Of a DNA stretch of 64,000 nucleotides, positions 8,682 to 18,521 are shown in pieces. Position numbers and translations under genes: made by a program. The notes below the pieces were generated by a model. It was not told where the DNA came from, did no database searches, and saw only the letters and a list, made by a program, of their open reading frames with translations. Each line of letters begins with the position of its first letter. The first letter of the stretch is position 1. Source of the DNA: Planctomycetota bacterium (GTDB lineage: Bacteria; Planctomycetota; MHYJ01; JACQXL01); the NCBI GenBank assembly GCA_016235865.1, contig JACRIK010000018.1, positions 66,891 through 130,890 on the forward strand, given 5' to 3'.

Positions 8682-10052
8682 ATGAAGAGAAAACTGTTGA
8701 TTATGGGCGCGGCCGGCAAGGATTTCCACGTCTTTAATACCCTCTACCGGGATAATCCGGACTATGAGGTGGTCTGCTTTACCGCTACCCAGATACCTAA
8801 TATTGATAACCGGATGTATCCGACAGAACTGGCCGGTTCAATGTATCCCAAGGGAATCCAGATTAAGCCGGAGGCCATGTTGGTTGACCTGATTAAAGAG
8901 CATAAGGTTCAGGAGGTGGTGTTTGCTTATAGCGACGTTTCTTACGAATATATTGATGGCAAGAAAAAGATGGTTCAGGCCGCCGGGGCGGAGTTTACCC
9001 TGCTGGACCCGGTTAAGGTGATGCTCAAGTCCACCAAGCCGGTCATCGCGGTCTGCGCGGTCCGGACCGGCGCCGGCAAAAGCCCGGCTAGCCGTCGGGT
9101 GGTTGATATCCTCAAGAAATACAACAAGAAGACCGCGGTGGTGCGCCATCCCATGCCCTACGGCGACCTGGTCAAGAGCACGGTCCAGCGCTTTGCCACC
9201 TTTGAAGACCTTATCAAATACGATTGCACCATTGAGGAGCGTGAGGAATACGAGCCGCATCTCCAAAAAGGCGCTTTGGTCTATGCCGGTGTGGATTACG
9301 AGAAGATTTTGCGCGAGGTGGAAAAGGAAGCGGATGTGGTTATTTGGGACGGCGGCAATAACGATACGCCATTCTACAAGCCGGACCTACACATCACGAT
9401 TTGCGACCCGCTCCGGCCGGGACACGAACTCTCCTATTACCCGGGCCGGGAGAATTTCGAGATGGCTGATGTTCTGATTATAAATAAGGTGGATACGGCC
9501 AAGACCGAGGATGTGGAGTCCATCCTCAAGAATGCTAAGCAGTATAATCCCAATGCCCAGATAATTATGGCTAATTCGCCGGTCTTTGTTTCTGACTCGG
9601 ATAAGATTAAGGGGAAAAAGGTCCTGGTTATAGAGGACGGCCCGACCGTGACGCACGGCGAGATGGGCTATGGTGCTGGTTTTATCGCGGCTAAGAAATA
9701 CGGCGTGGCTGAGATTGTTGACCCCAGACCCTATGCTAGCCAGGGTATCAAAGAGGTATTTGCGAAGTATCCCAAGACCACCCAGGTTCTGCCGGCCGTG
9801 GGTTATAGTTCCAGGCAGATTAAAGATCTTGAAGAAACCATTGAGAATTGTCCCTGCGACGTGGTTATTATTGCCACCCCGATAAACCTGGCCCGGATAG
9901 TCAAGATAAACAAGCCCTGGGTCCAGGTGACCTATGAGATAGAAGAGATTTCTAAGCCACGGTTAGGGGATATTATGGCGCAGAAATTCGGCTGGCAGGG
10001 CCAGAGCCAATTCGGAAGCCGGCCCGGGATGCAGATGCTGGCGAGACCGTAA
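8682..10052 (+). CDS. COG2403-family P-loop protein (predicted GTPase, cyclic 2,3-diphosphoglycerate synthetase-like)
   Basis: 456 aa with an internal Walker A (AVRTGAGKS). Overall similarity to the archaeal CPGS / COG2403 family is recalled from memory and was not searched. Confidence 0.4.
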   Translation: MKRKLLIMGAAGKDFHVFNTLYRDNPDYEVVCFTATQIPNIDNRMYPTELAGSMYPKGIQIKPEAMLVDLIKEHKVQEVVFAYSDVSYEYIDGKKKMVQAAGAEFTLLDPVKVMLKSTKPVIAVCAVRTGAGKSPASRRVVDILKKYNKKTAVVRHPMPYGDLVKSTVQRFATFEDLIKYDCTIEEREEYEPHLQKGALVYAGVDYEKILREVEKEADVVIWDGGNNDTPFYKPDLHITICDPLRPGHELSYYPGRENFEMADVLIINKVDTAKTEDVESILKNAKQYNPNAQIIMANSPVFVSDSDKIKGKKVLVIEDGPTVTHGEMGYGAGFIAAKKYGVAEIVDPRPYASQGIKEVFAKYPKTTQVLPAVGYSSRQIKDLEETIENCPCDVVIIATPINLARIVKINKPWVQVTYEIEEISKPRLGDIMAQKFGWQGQSQFGSRPGMQMLARP

Positions 10053-10118
10053 AATAAGAGTGATGAAGAAGGGTTGGGATGAACCCAGCCCTTCCCTAAA
10101 TCAGAAAGGAAGGGCTGG

Positions 10119-10598
10119 GTGAATACACAATTTCCCGAACTGATACCCCGTCTGGAGAGTTATTCCACGATAAAGACCTGGCGCGAGCATGATGGCCGAT
10201 ATCGTCTCCAGGGTACCAGATGCCGTAAATGCTCCGAGAAATGGTTTCCGCCCCGGGTTGGGCTTCCCTGTCCCAAATGCCACGCGATTAATATGGAGCC
10301 GTATGAATGCGCCCGGACCGGCGAGGTAATTTCGTTCCAGCTGGAGGTGATGGGCTATCCGGCGATGGGCTACGGAGAATTGTCGCCCCGCAAGATATGT
10401 ATTATTAAACTGGATGACGGCATCCATATCATCGGTGAGGTGGTTGATTGCGGCGAGAATGACGTTCATCCGGCCGAACCCACCAAGAATAAGTCCGGCA
10501 CCCGGGTCAAGATGGTCTTCCGCAAGCAGAAACGCGAGGAAACCGGCAATTGGATGTACGGCTATAAGTTCGTGATTGACCCAGCACATAAGAAATAA
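10119..10598 (+). CDS. DUF35-like Zn-ribbon/OB-fold protein (thiolase-associated family). GTG start.
   Basis: CRKCSEKWFPPRVGLPCPKCHA zinc ribbon followed by a predicted OB-fold. SD AAAGGAAGG precedes the start. Confidence 0.5.
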   Translation: MNTQFPELIPRLESYSTIKTWREHDGRYRLQGTRCRKCSEKWFPPRVGLPCPKCHAINMEPYECARTGEVISFQLEVMGYPAMGYGELSPRKICIIKLDDGIHIIGEVVDCGENDVHPAEPTKNKSGTRVKMVFRKQKREETGNWMYGYKFVIDPAHKK

Positions 10599-11060
10599 GA
10601 TTAAACTGTTATTCCAGTAATTTCATTGTATGTACTGTTCAGTTAAACATTAGACCTCATAATTATGTGCTGGGTTGATAAATAACGCCTGATGAAGTAT
10701 CCATTTTTACTTGTCATCTTCATTATCCACGCCCTGGCATTCGGCAATCTCTACCGTAAAAATCGGAAATACTACTACCTGATACTTACCTTTGGATTCC
10801 TGTTTCTAATCGGTTATTATCTGCCGATGACGCTTAAGGCTGAGATGACTACCTTGCTGATTATTGTGCGCTGGACCGGGATTACCGTGGCCACGGTCGG
10901 CGGCGTATTGCTGCTTAAGGCCCAGTTGAAGTCGTTGAAGCTCTGGCTGATGATGAATCCTAAGACCATGATGCTATTTTTGCGGATAATCCTTGCCTAC
11001 GTCAAGTTCAAAGATAAAATGAATCGGGTATTTAACAATAAAGAAGGAGATAAATCAACT

Positions 11061-11999
11061 ATGTCTAAGACGCCGCTGTATATAATGGTAATCTTTCTGT
11101 GCCTGGTGGCAGTATTTGCATCTAATAGTTTCATAAGTTCGCGCGTGCCAGATATGCTGACCAAGGGCGATCTGAGGATTGTTTATAAGCATGCCAAGGA
11201 GGAAGACGCCGGATATCCCTACCGTTTTAACCTGACCGTTTCCTCGCGCTCGGTTAAGGTTCCGGCCGACGGTGTCAAGGTCTACTGGATGAAGGGCGAG
11301 GATTACCGGGCCAAGAAGGATAACCTGCAGAAATCAGATTTCAATGTCACCACCATGGAAACCACCGGCGACGGCCTGTTTACCGCTTTGTTGCCGACCA
11401 GGGAGAAGAACACCCGTTACGCCATGTTTATGGAAATTAATGATGCCCAGAATAACCTGATTGCGACTATGCCACCTTTACCTGACGATCCGCCGAGGTT
11501 AGGATCAAACGGTACAGGTAATGAGCTGGAAAAACACCAATTCTACGGGATTTCTTACAAAACAGACCCCAACAAATACGGCTTGTTGGTTCATATCGTG
11601 CTGATGTTGGTGGCGTTGATGTTGTTGATTCACGCCTTTTATTACGCCTTTAACTATCTCTGGAATCGCCAGGATTGGATTATCGGCAAATCCGCCTCTT
11701 CGCTGTTCTGGGGCATCCTCTGCTACGGCATCTCGGCCTTCCCGCTGGGTATCTGGATTGAATACGAAAAATACGGCACCTATTGGACCGGATTCCCGCT
11801 GGGCTGGGATATAACGGACTCCAAGACGCTGTTTAATTTCGTCTATTGGGCAATGGTGGTTATCCTGTTGAAGGGGACCATCTTCTCCAAGGACAAGGCC
11901 AAAGATTTAATCAGTTATAAAACCTATGCCTGGGTGGCGATTCTGGGCGGTATCCTGACCATAGTGGTCCGGTTTGCCATCCCGCATGGAGACCTATAA
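11061..11999 (+). CDS. Membrane protein, paralog A (N-terminal TM, about 150-aa extracytoplasmic domain, 4-TM C-terminal domain). The same frame is open back to 10692.
   Basis: Strong SD AAGGAG 8 nt before ATG 11061 (MSKTPLY...). Its length and N-terminus then match paralog B. C-terminal motifs WTGFPLGWDITDSKTL and YKTYAWVAILGGILT are shared with B. Confidence 0.5.
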   Translation: MSKTPLYIMVIFLCLVAVFASNSFISSRVPDMLTKGDLRIVYKHAKEEDAGYPYRFNLTVSSRSVKVPADGVKVYWMKGEDYRAKKDNLQKSDFNVTTMETTGDGLFTALLPTREKNTRYAMFMEINDAQNNLIATMPPLPDDPPRLGSNGTGNELEKHQFYGISYKTDPNKYGLLVHIVLMLVALMLLIHAFYYAFNYLWNRQDWIIGKSASSLFWGILCYGISAFPLGIWIEYEKYGTYWTGFPLGWDITDSKTLFNFVYWAMVVILLKGTIFSKDKAKDLISYKTYAWVAILGGILTIVVRFAIPHGDL

Positions 12000-12017
12000 A
12001 AAGAGGAGAGATGATAG

Positions 12018-12935
12018 ATGACAGATGAAAGTAAATTTCCAAAATGGCCGTTGTATGTGACCGTAGGTGTCGGATTGATTATTGCCTTGTATTATTCCTT
12101 CGGGATGCTCATGGCGGTAACCAGCAAGCATCGGGCCAAAGAGGCCGGACCATACAAAGTGGAATTCTCGGAACGGGGCGAGCGGATGCTGGGTGTCCCG
12201 TGCCGGCTGATGCTCCAGGTGGTTTCCGAGGCGAAACCGAAATCTATTAACCTGGCGTATTACACCTTGAATCGTGAAGAAGCCGGCCCGGCCATGATTT
12301 ATCACAAGATCCCCATGACAAAGACGTTTGAGTCCAGGCCGATGATTCAGGCCGGCAACAGCGGGCTTTATTCGGTGATTCTGCCGCCGCTGAAGGAGAT
12401 GGCCGCGCAGTACTTTTATTATTTTGTCCTGACTGACGAATCCGGCAAGGCCTACGATTTCAATCCGGCCGGAGATGCCAAGAATCCAGAGCCCGGCTGT
12501 ATTACCTACCGCGGCGAAGGCACGCACTGGGTGACGGTGCTGCATATCGCGCTGATGATTCTGGTGGTATTCTTTATGCTCCACGTAGTTTATTCTTCAT
12601 TAGCGCACATTGCCCGGAGCGACTACCCGATAGGCCGGGCGGTTCACGCCGGCTGGTGGGCCAATATATTCTTCTTCCTGACCAGTTTCCCCATCGGGCT
12701 GTATGTCTCCGGAGTGGCTTATGGCCGGCCCTGGACCGGCGTGCCGCAGGTATGGGCCTGGAACGACGCCGATAACAAGAGTTTGGCTATTTTTATCTAC
12801 TGGGTGGTTATCCTGTTCCTTATTTGGGGCGTGAGCAAGGGTAAGAATAAAATCAGCCCGAAGGCGTATGCCTGGCTGAGTTTACTCGGCGCCATCGCGA
12901 CTATATATTTGTTTCTGTCCGGTGGGCACAACTAA
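12018..12935 (+). CDS. Membrane protein, paralog B of the preceding gene
   Basis: SD AAGAGGAG. Shares motifs WTGVPQVWAWNDADNKSL and SPKAYAWLSLLGAIATI with A. Confidence 0.55.
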   Translation: MTDESKFPKWPLYVTVGVGLIIALYYSFGMLMAVTSKHRAKEAGPYKVEFSERGERMLGVPCRLMLQVVSEAKPKSINLAYYTLNREEAGPAMIYHKIPMTKTFESRPMIQAGNSGLYSVILPPLKEMAAQYFYYFVLTDESGKAYDFNPAGDAKNPEPGCITYRGEGTHWVTVLHIALMILVVFFMLHVVYSSLAHIARSDYPIGRAVHAGWWANIFFFLTSFPIGLYVSGVAYGRPWTGVPQVWAWNDADNKSLAIFIYWVVILFLIWGVSKGKNKISPKAYAWLSLLGAIATIYLFLSGGHN

Positions 12936-12989
12936 CTCAAAAGATGAGAGATGATAGAAAAAAGATGATAGATAGGAGAGGTTAGAGAT

Positions 12990-13862
12990 ATGTCACAGGA
13001 ATTCTGGAGATGGAAAGAGTATAACAAAAAGGTGGACGGGGCCAAGGACTGGAAGGACGCCAAGATTATCACGGCCGGCGTGGACGTCGGCTCGGTTTCC
13101 TCCAAGGTCGCCATTATGGCGGACGGCGAGCTGTTTTCCTATAGTTTGATGCGCACCGGCTCGGACAGCGCCCAGAGCGCTACCAAGGCCATTAACGGGG
13201 CTATGGAAGGCACCGGACTGACCATGGATAAGATTCATTACGTGGTCGGCACCGGCTACGGCCGGGTCAATGTGCCCTTTGCCAAGAAGGCCATTACCGA
13301 GATTGCCTGCCACGCTAGAGGCGCTAATTTTATCTGGGGACCGACCGTTAAGACCGTGCTGGATATGGGCGGACAGGATTGCAAGGCCATCAAATGCGAC
13401 GAAAAGGGCAAGGTTACCGCATTCCTAATGAACGACAAATGCGCGGCCGGCACCGGACGCGGCATGGAGGTCTTTGCCGACCTACTCTCGGTCCAGATAG
13501 AACAGATGGGCGACCTGTCATTCACGGTTGATAAGGAACCTGACCCGGTCTCCTCAACCTGCGTGGTCTTTGCCAAATCCGAGGCAGTCGGTTTGTTACG
13601 TCAGGGCTGGACCAAGGAAAAGGTCATTGCGGCCTATTCTTCGGCTATGGCCCATCGGGTATTTACTCTGCTGGAAAAGGTCGGGGTGGAAAAGGATTTT
13701 GTTATTACCGGCGGCATCTCCAAGAACAGAGGTGTGACACAAAGGATAGAAAACGAGTTGAAGATAATCGCGCTACCCAGGCCGGCCAAGTATGATGCGG
13801 CATTAGCTGGGGCCATGGGCGCGGCATTGTTTGCAAAAGCATTGGTGGAGAAAGCTAAATAG
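12990..13862 (+). CDS. BadF/BadG/BcrA/BcrD (HgdC-type) ATPase, CoA-substrate-specific enzyme activase
   Basis: ITAGVDVGSVSSKVAI (ASKHA fold N-terminus), DMGGQDCK, and the cluster-bridging Cys in KCAAGTG. Confidence 0.8.
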   Translation: MSQEFWRWKEYNKKVDGAKDWKDAKIITAGVDVGSVSSKVAIMADGELFSYSLMRTGSDSAQSATKAINGAMEGTGLTMDKIHYVVGTGYGRVNVPFAKKAITEIACHARGANFIWGPTVKTVLDMGGQDCKAIKCDEKGKVTAFLMNDKCAAGTGRGMEVFADLLSVQIEQMGDLSFTVDKEPDPVSSTCVVFAKSEAVGLLRQGWTKEKVIAAYSSAMAHRVFTLLEKVGVEKDFVITGGISKNRGVTQRIENELKIIALPRPAKYDAALAGAMGAALFAKALVEKAK

Positions 13863-13871
13863 CAGAAATTT

Positions 13872-14165
13872 ATGCTCGCAAATTATGGTTACAAGGACGG
13901 TTCAGGGGATTTCTTCATTACCATAGACACGGATAAATGCACCGGCTGTGGCGACTGCATCAAAGCCTGCCCGGCTAAGGTTCTGGAGATGATAACCGAC
14001 GAAAGCGACCCGTTCCGAGAGATACCGGTGGTGGCCGTGACCGACGAGCACCGCAAGAAAATCAAGTATTCCTGTTCACCTTGTAAGGGCGCCGAGCATA
14101 AATCAGCTTCAGACCTGCCCTGTGTTAAATCATGTGCCCCAGGCGCCATTGCGCATTCGTGGTAA
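13872..14165 (+). CDS. 2x[4Fe-4S] ferredoxin
   Basis: CTGCGDCIKACP and CSPC...CVKSCAP motifs. Confidence 0.7.
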   Translation: MLANYGYKDGSGDFFITIDTDKCTGCGDCIKACPAKVLEMITDESDPFREIPVVAVTDEHRKKIKYSCSPCKGAEHKSASDLPCVKSCAPGAIAHSW

Positions 14166-14230
14166 GATCTTATTTCGGCCCAAACTAAGCGAGGCGGGGG
14201 GGAGTCACCGCGTTCAAACAGGCCATAAAC

Positions 14231-14270
14231 AAAAAACCCCTCCGACTTTTACATCGGAGGGGTTTTTCTT
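14231..14270. terminator. Bidirectional rho-independent terminator between convergent genes
   Basis: aaaaaaCCCCTCCGActtttacaTCGGAGGGGtttttctt: a 9-bp GC stem with A/T runs on both sides. Confidence 0.75.
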
Positions 14271-14288
14271 AAAACCCGTGTGCGTTAA

Positions 14289-15401
14289 TTACCACAGTAC
14301 GGTCATTAACAGAGAAACTGAGTTGTTGTCAACTTCCGGACCGCCTGTGACTGTATCTGGTTCGGTGTTGGTTGTGTAATCCAGTTTCAGAGTTGAATTG
14401 TCCGAAAGCTTGTGGCCGCCGCCGATTGACATACGGGTCCAGGTATCAACCGTATCATCAACAGAGCTGTAACGGAATGCCACAAACCACTGCTTGTCTA
14501 CATTGTAAAGAGCGTCAAGCATCATTGTGGTTGTCTCTTCAATGAGGTTCATTGGTCCCTTGGCTCCTGCGCCGTAAGCCAGTCTGAGTACTGCCTTGGC
14601 ATCGCTGGCCAGCGGGGCCTTGGTCGGGTCAAACTTCTGGGCGCCTTCCAGCACGTCAAGACGAACGTTCAGTTCGTAGCCTTTGCTGTACATTCCCGCG
14701 GGTAATCCGGGAGGAACTGCAAGTGTGGCTAGGAAGCTATCAAACAGGTCGCTTGACATTGCAATGGTATTGCCGCCGCCTGCTAATCTCCCTGAATCAT
14801 ACTGTGACAGAGAGAAATAAAGCGGCATGCTCTTCATTGTGGCCATTGCTTTTACGACGTATGCCTTGGTATTGGTGTCATCGGTTGCGCCATTACCATT
14901 CAGAAATGACAGTGAATAGCCCAAGGTTACCGGCAGTTCGATTGGGAGCGCCTTCTGCCTGAATTCAACGCCCAGGTCTTCGCCAGCTAAGCCGCCGATT
15001 GAATTGTTAACCAGGGCGTTTTCCACCGGGTTGTTGCTCCAGGTCTCTTCGCCGAAGTTAACTTTTATCAGGCCGACATAGATATCCGGGTTGACCGTGT
15101 CGCTCTTGGCCAATTTCTTAATGACATTGGTCAATTTAACGTAAGCATAATCAGCGCCATTAGCTGTGCCGTTGTCAAAGTTTAATCTCAGGACTGCTGA
15201 GGTGTCTGCGTCGAAAGTGGCATTGAGTTTTACCTTGGCATCCGGAGCGCCGAAAGTGCCTGGGGTGGTGTTACCTAGTGTGCCATTGTCCATATAACCA
15301 GCGGCAAGGCGGCTGCCATCAAATGTTACCTTGACATCTTCGGCTAATACCGGAAGCGCCAAAAAGGCGATGGCCGCGATTACGCATAATAGTGTCTTCA
15401 T
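14289..15401 (-). CDS. Secreted beta-rich protein, putative outer-membrane porin
   Basis: Signal peptide MKTLLCVIAAIAFLALPVLA. Alternating amphipathic strands. C-terminal ...LLMTVLW (aromatic terminus). Confidence 0.5.
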   Translation of the reverse strand: MKTLLCVIAAIAFLALPVLAEDVKVTFDGSRLAAGYMDNGTLGNTTPGTFGAPDAKVKLNATFDADTSAVLRLNFDNGTANGADYAYVKLTNVIKKLAKSDTVNPDIYVGLIKVNFGEETWSNNPVENALVNNSIGGLAGEDLGVEFRQKALPIELPVTLGYSLSFLNGNGATDDTNTKAYVVKAMATMKSMPLYFSLSQYDSGRLAGGGNTIAMSSDLFDSFLATLAVPPGLPAGMYSKGYELNVRLDVLEGAQKFDPTKAPLASDAKAVLRLAYGAGAKGPMNLIEETTTMMLDALYNVDKQWFVAFRYSSVDDTVDTWTRMSIGGGHKLSDNSTLKLDYTTNTEPDTVTGGPEVDNNSVSLLMTVLW

Positions 15402-15734
15402 TATTTATTCTCCTTAAAGTTAGGACATTTAATCCTCAAATCCTGCTATCTAATCCGGATAACCGACTTTTGGATTGCTTCTGCCGCCTCGTGACAGAAG
15501 GGGCTTTGGTCCTTATCAAAACCCGGCTCGTTCCTTCCCTTCTTCAGTATGAGCCGAGACCTCATACCATCAGCTTTCACCCCCTTTCGGTGGAAAGGGA
15601 AAGAATAATTAAAAGACTATATACTAAATTATCGTCAATATGTCAATGATTTATAATATTTTATTTAAAATATTATTTATGTCTAACCGTATTATGATAA
15701 AGGGGATGAAGCAAGAAAAGCTGGTAAAGACCGG

Positions 15735-17888
15735 TTATTCATCACGGATATCCAGGGTGGTTCTGAGGGTGGCGATGGCGGTTATGATCTCTCCACGCAT
15801 GGATTCATTCGTAACCTTGCCCAGCAGTGTTCTGAGGGTGAATATATCCTCTTTTTCGCCGATATTGGCCAGGATTCTGACCGCGCTGAGCACCAAATCC
15901 GGCTCGTTGCTGTCCAATAGGCCCCTGATAACCGGCAGGGAGCGCTGGTTTTTAATGCCTTGGAGCGAGCGGGTAATCTGGTCTGCCAGATTGCGGTAGA
16001 TTTGATCCTGGGTTCTTTTCCAGCGGTTAATCAGGTCATAATAGCCGCTGACCAGGAGTTCCACTGAAAAGCCGGAAAAGGCGTCCGAAGAGGTAATTCG
16101 GGCTATCTTCTGGATGGCCTGAAGGGTTAGGTCGCTATTGCCCTGGGCAATGATATTTTTGAGAAGTTCAAATGCCTGGGTATCTCCCAAAATAACGGCG
16201 GTTTCCAGGCAGGCCAGTTTGACCTTGGGGTCAGTGCTGGCCAGGCCGATATCAACCAGGCGGTTGACCAGGCGCTGTTTGCCCTGGGCGTTCTCCAGTG
16301 ACATAATCGTTTTTATGGTCGCCAGCTTTACCAGGTCATTCTTGTCTTCGGATAAGGCATAGAGCCGCACGAGTGTCTTTTCACGGTCGGATTTGTCTCC
16401 CAAGCGGACAATGGCCCGGCTGGCAGATAATATTATTCGGTAATCGGTCTCGTTCTTCAGTAGCTCATAAAGAAGCGGCAGCGCCGAGTTATCCGAGATG
16501 CCGGCTAGGGATTCCAGGGCCGCGTTAAAGAGGGGGTTGTCTTTACTCTCGCCCTTTTTTATGATATTGACCAGAATCTTTATCAGTTCGGCGGTATTGG
16601 CCGCGCCGATGGATTTTTTATCCTGAAGTGCGGTCAGGCACAGTTTCCTGGTATCGGTGTCCGTATTTGCGAAGATATCCAGCAAGATTATAGCGCCGCG
16701 GGATGGGTTAATCCCCACGAGCGTCTCGGCCGCGGCTGAACGGTATTCTATATAATAGCCGGATGATTTTATGATCGCCTCAAGTTCCGGATACAGTTTT
16801 TCAGAGCCGACCCGGCTTAAAACCCGGCCCAGATACACGGAGTTATATTTTCCTGATGGCGTGCTTTTAAGGATTTCCATCAAAGAAGGGATGGTTTCTT
16901 CGCCCATTCCGGTCAGGATTGCCTCAGCCGCCAATGCTTTGTCAAAGTCATTACGTTCGCTGAACTGTTTGAGCAGCTCCAGGAGATGTTTAGCTCGGTC
17001 GGCCATATTATCGCCGACCGGCAAATCAAATCCGATTGGTTTTATGCTGATGCTGAAGGCAACCCGTTCACCGGCTTTTACCGGATGTACGGAATTTTTC
17101 CACTCCACCTGCACGGTTCCTTCATCAACGCTGACCGTAGTGATTTTGATACCTTCGGCGCTTATTACGTTGTCATCAATCTGTTTCCGGACCGGCGCAT
17201 TGTATTTCAGGTGATTAACCCTGAATCTGGTTCCGACCACCTTGATTCGGCCTGATTCGGTCTCGACATATAACGTTTTAGGATTCTTGGCCACATCAAG
17301 GTAAATAGAACCTTGGTGCAGGAGGATATTGCCCCGGCTCTTCTCGGACGGTTGGGTGATATTCAGGGCGGTTTGCCGGTCCATCTCTATTTTGGTCCGG
17401 TCAGCCAGGGATAACACGGCCTTGGTTCCGGCGGTTTGCATTACCGTATCGCTTTTGATGTAATATGTCCCTTTTGTGGTTGCCTCCTGAGATTGGTTGT
17501 CTTGCCGGACTGATACTGTTCCGCTATCAAGGGAAATCGGCTGGATTGTTTCAGGTGGTTTAGGGCTGGCCAGCCAGATAACTACTGCTAATAATATTAC
17601 CGCGGCTGAAGCAAATGCATACCTGAGTCGATAAAACAGGTTTACTTCCGGGTACTCATGGACGCCTAATTCATCTATTTTCTCGTTGACGGCTTCTATA
17701 AAGTTATCTTTGGGCGTGATATCGGCCCATTTATGAAGTATTGCCGAGACCTTCTTTGACTGGATAAGAACATTCTTGCATTCCGGGCAACTTTCAAGAT
17801 GATTGGTAACTGAACGCATTTCTTCCTCAGGCAACAATCCCTTTATATAAGCATCTGTGGCCAATCTGATTTTATCGCAATTATTCAT
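15735..17888 (-). CDS. Anti-sigma factor: zf-HC2 N-terminus, one TM, FecR-like segment and a long periplasmic HEAT-repeat domain
   Basis: CxxC...HLESCPECK zinc-finger and TM ASAAVILLAVVIWLA. Lies immediately downstream of the ECF sigma gene. Confidence 0.65.
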   Translation of the reverse strand: MNNCDKIRLATDAYIKGLLPEEEMRSVTNHLESCPECKNVLIQSKKVSAILHKWADITPKDNFIEAVNEKIDELGVHEYPEVNLFYRLRYAFASAAVILLAVVIWLASPKPPETIQPISLDSGTVSVRQDNQSQEATTKGTYYIKSDTVMQTAGTKAVLSLADRTKIEMDRQTALNITQPSEKSRGNILLHQGSIYLDVAKNPKTLYVETESGRIKVVGTRFRVNHLKYNAPVRKQIDDNVISAEGIKITTVSVDEGTVQVEWKNSVHPVKAGERVAFSISIKPIGFDLPVGDNMADRAKHLLELLKQFSERNDFDKALAAEAILTGMGEETIPSLMEILKSTPSGKYNSVYLGRVLSRVGSEKLYPELEAIIKSSGYYIEYRSAAAETLVGINPSRGAIILLDIFANTDTDTRKLCLTALQDKKSIGAANTAELIKILVNIIKKGESKDNPLFNAALESLAGISDNSALPLLYELLKNETDYRIILSASRAIVRLGDKSDREKTLVRLYALSEDKNDLVKLATIKTIMSLENAQGKQRLVNRLVDIGLASTDPKVKLACLETAVILGDTQAFELLKNIIAQGNSDLTLQAIQKIARITSSDAFSGFSVELLVSGYYDLINRWKRTQDQIYRNLADQITRSLQGIKNQRSLPVIRGLLDSNEPDLVLSAVRILANIGEKEDIFTLRTLLGKVTNESMRGEIITAIATLRTTLDIRDE

Positions 17889-17891
17889 ATT

Positions 17892-18458
17892 CTAATTCAC
17901 GTATCCTTTAAGCATCTCAAAGAGCATTTGTTTGCCTCTGAATATCCATGATTTTACCGTGTTCTCATTGGTTTTGAGGACATCGGCGATTTCCTTATAA
18001 GGCAAATCATTATAAACCGCCATTATGATGGCCTCACGCTGGTCTTCAGGCAGTGACTGGACTGCCCGGGACACCTTTTCCCGTATCTCCTTATCTGCCA
18101 GTGCATCTACCGGCGAGGCGTCCCGATTCACATCGGGACGGACCAAATCGGTCAGCTCCACATTCCGGGGGCGCCGGGCTTTATCCCGGAGCTCGTTCTT
18201 GCAGAGATTGACCGCAATCGTATATAACCAGGTGGTAAATTTATACCGCTGGTTATAGTGTTTGATATTAAGATAACAGCGGACAAAGACCTTTTGGGCC
18301 AATTCCTCCGACCTCGAGGCATCGTTGATATTGCGGTAAACAAAATTAACGATGGCCTTATGGTACTTTTCTATTAGGGCATTAAATGCTTTACGGTCTC
18401 CTTTCTGCGCCTGTTTAACCAGCGCCGAATCAGGAAGTTGTTGGCCTGTTTCTTTCAT
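17892..18458 (-). CDS. ECF (sigma-70 family, group 4) RNA polymerase sigma factor
   Basis: Region 2 (FNALIEKYHKAIVNFVYR) and region 4 (YKEIADVLKTNENTVKSWIFRGKQML). Confidence 0.85.
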   Translation of the reverse strand: MKETGQQLPDSALVKQAQKGDRKAFNALIEKYHKAIVNFVYRNINDASRSEELAQKVFVRCYLNIKHYNQRYKFTTWLYTIAVNLCKNELRDKARRPRNVELTDLVRPDVNRDASPVDALADKEIREKVSRAVQSLPEDQREAIIMAVYNDLPYKEIADVLKTNENTVKSWIFRGKQMLFEMLKGYVN

Positions 18459-18521
18459 TATATTATACCCCTGGGTTCAGGAAATAGTTGCAACGATTTA
18501 TGATTTAATAGAACTATCAGT

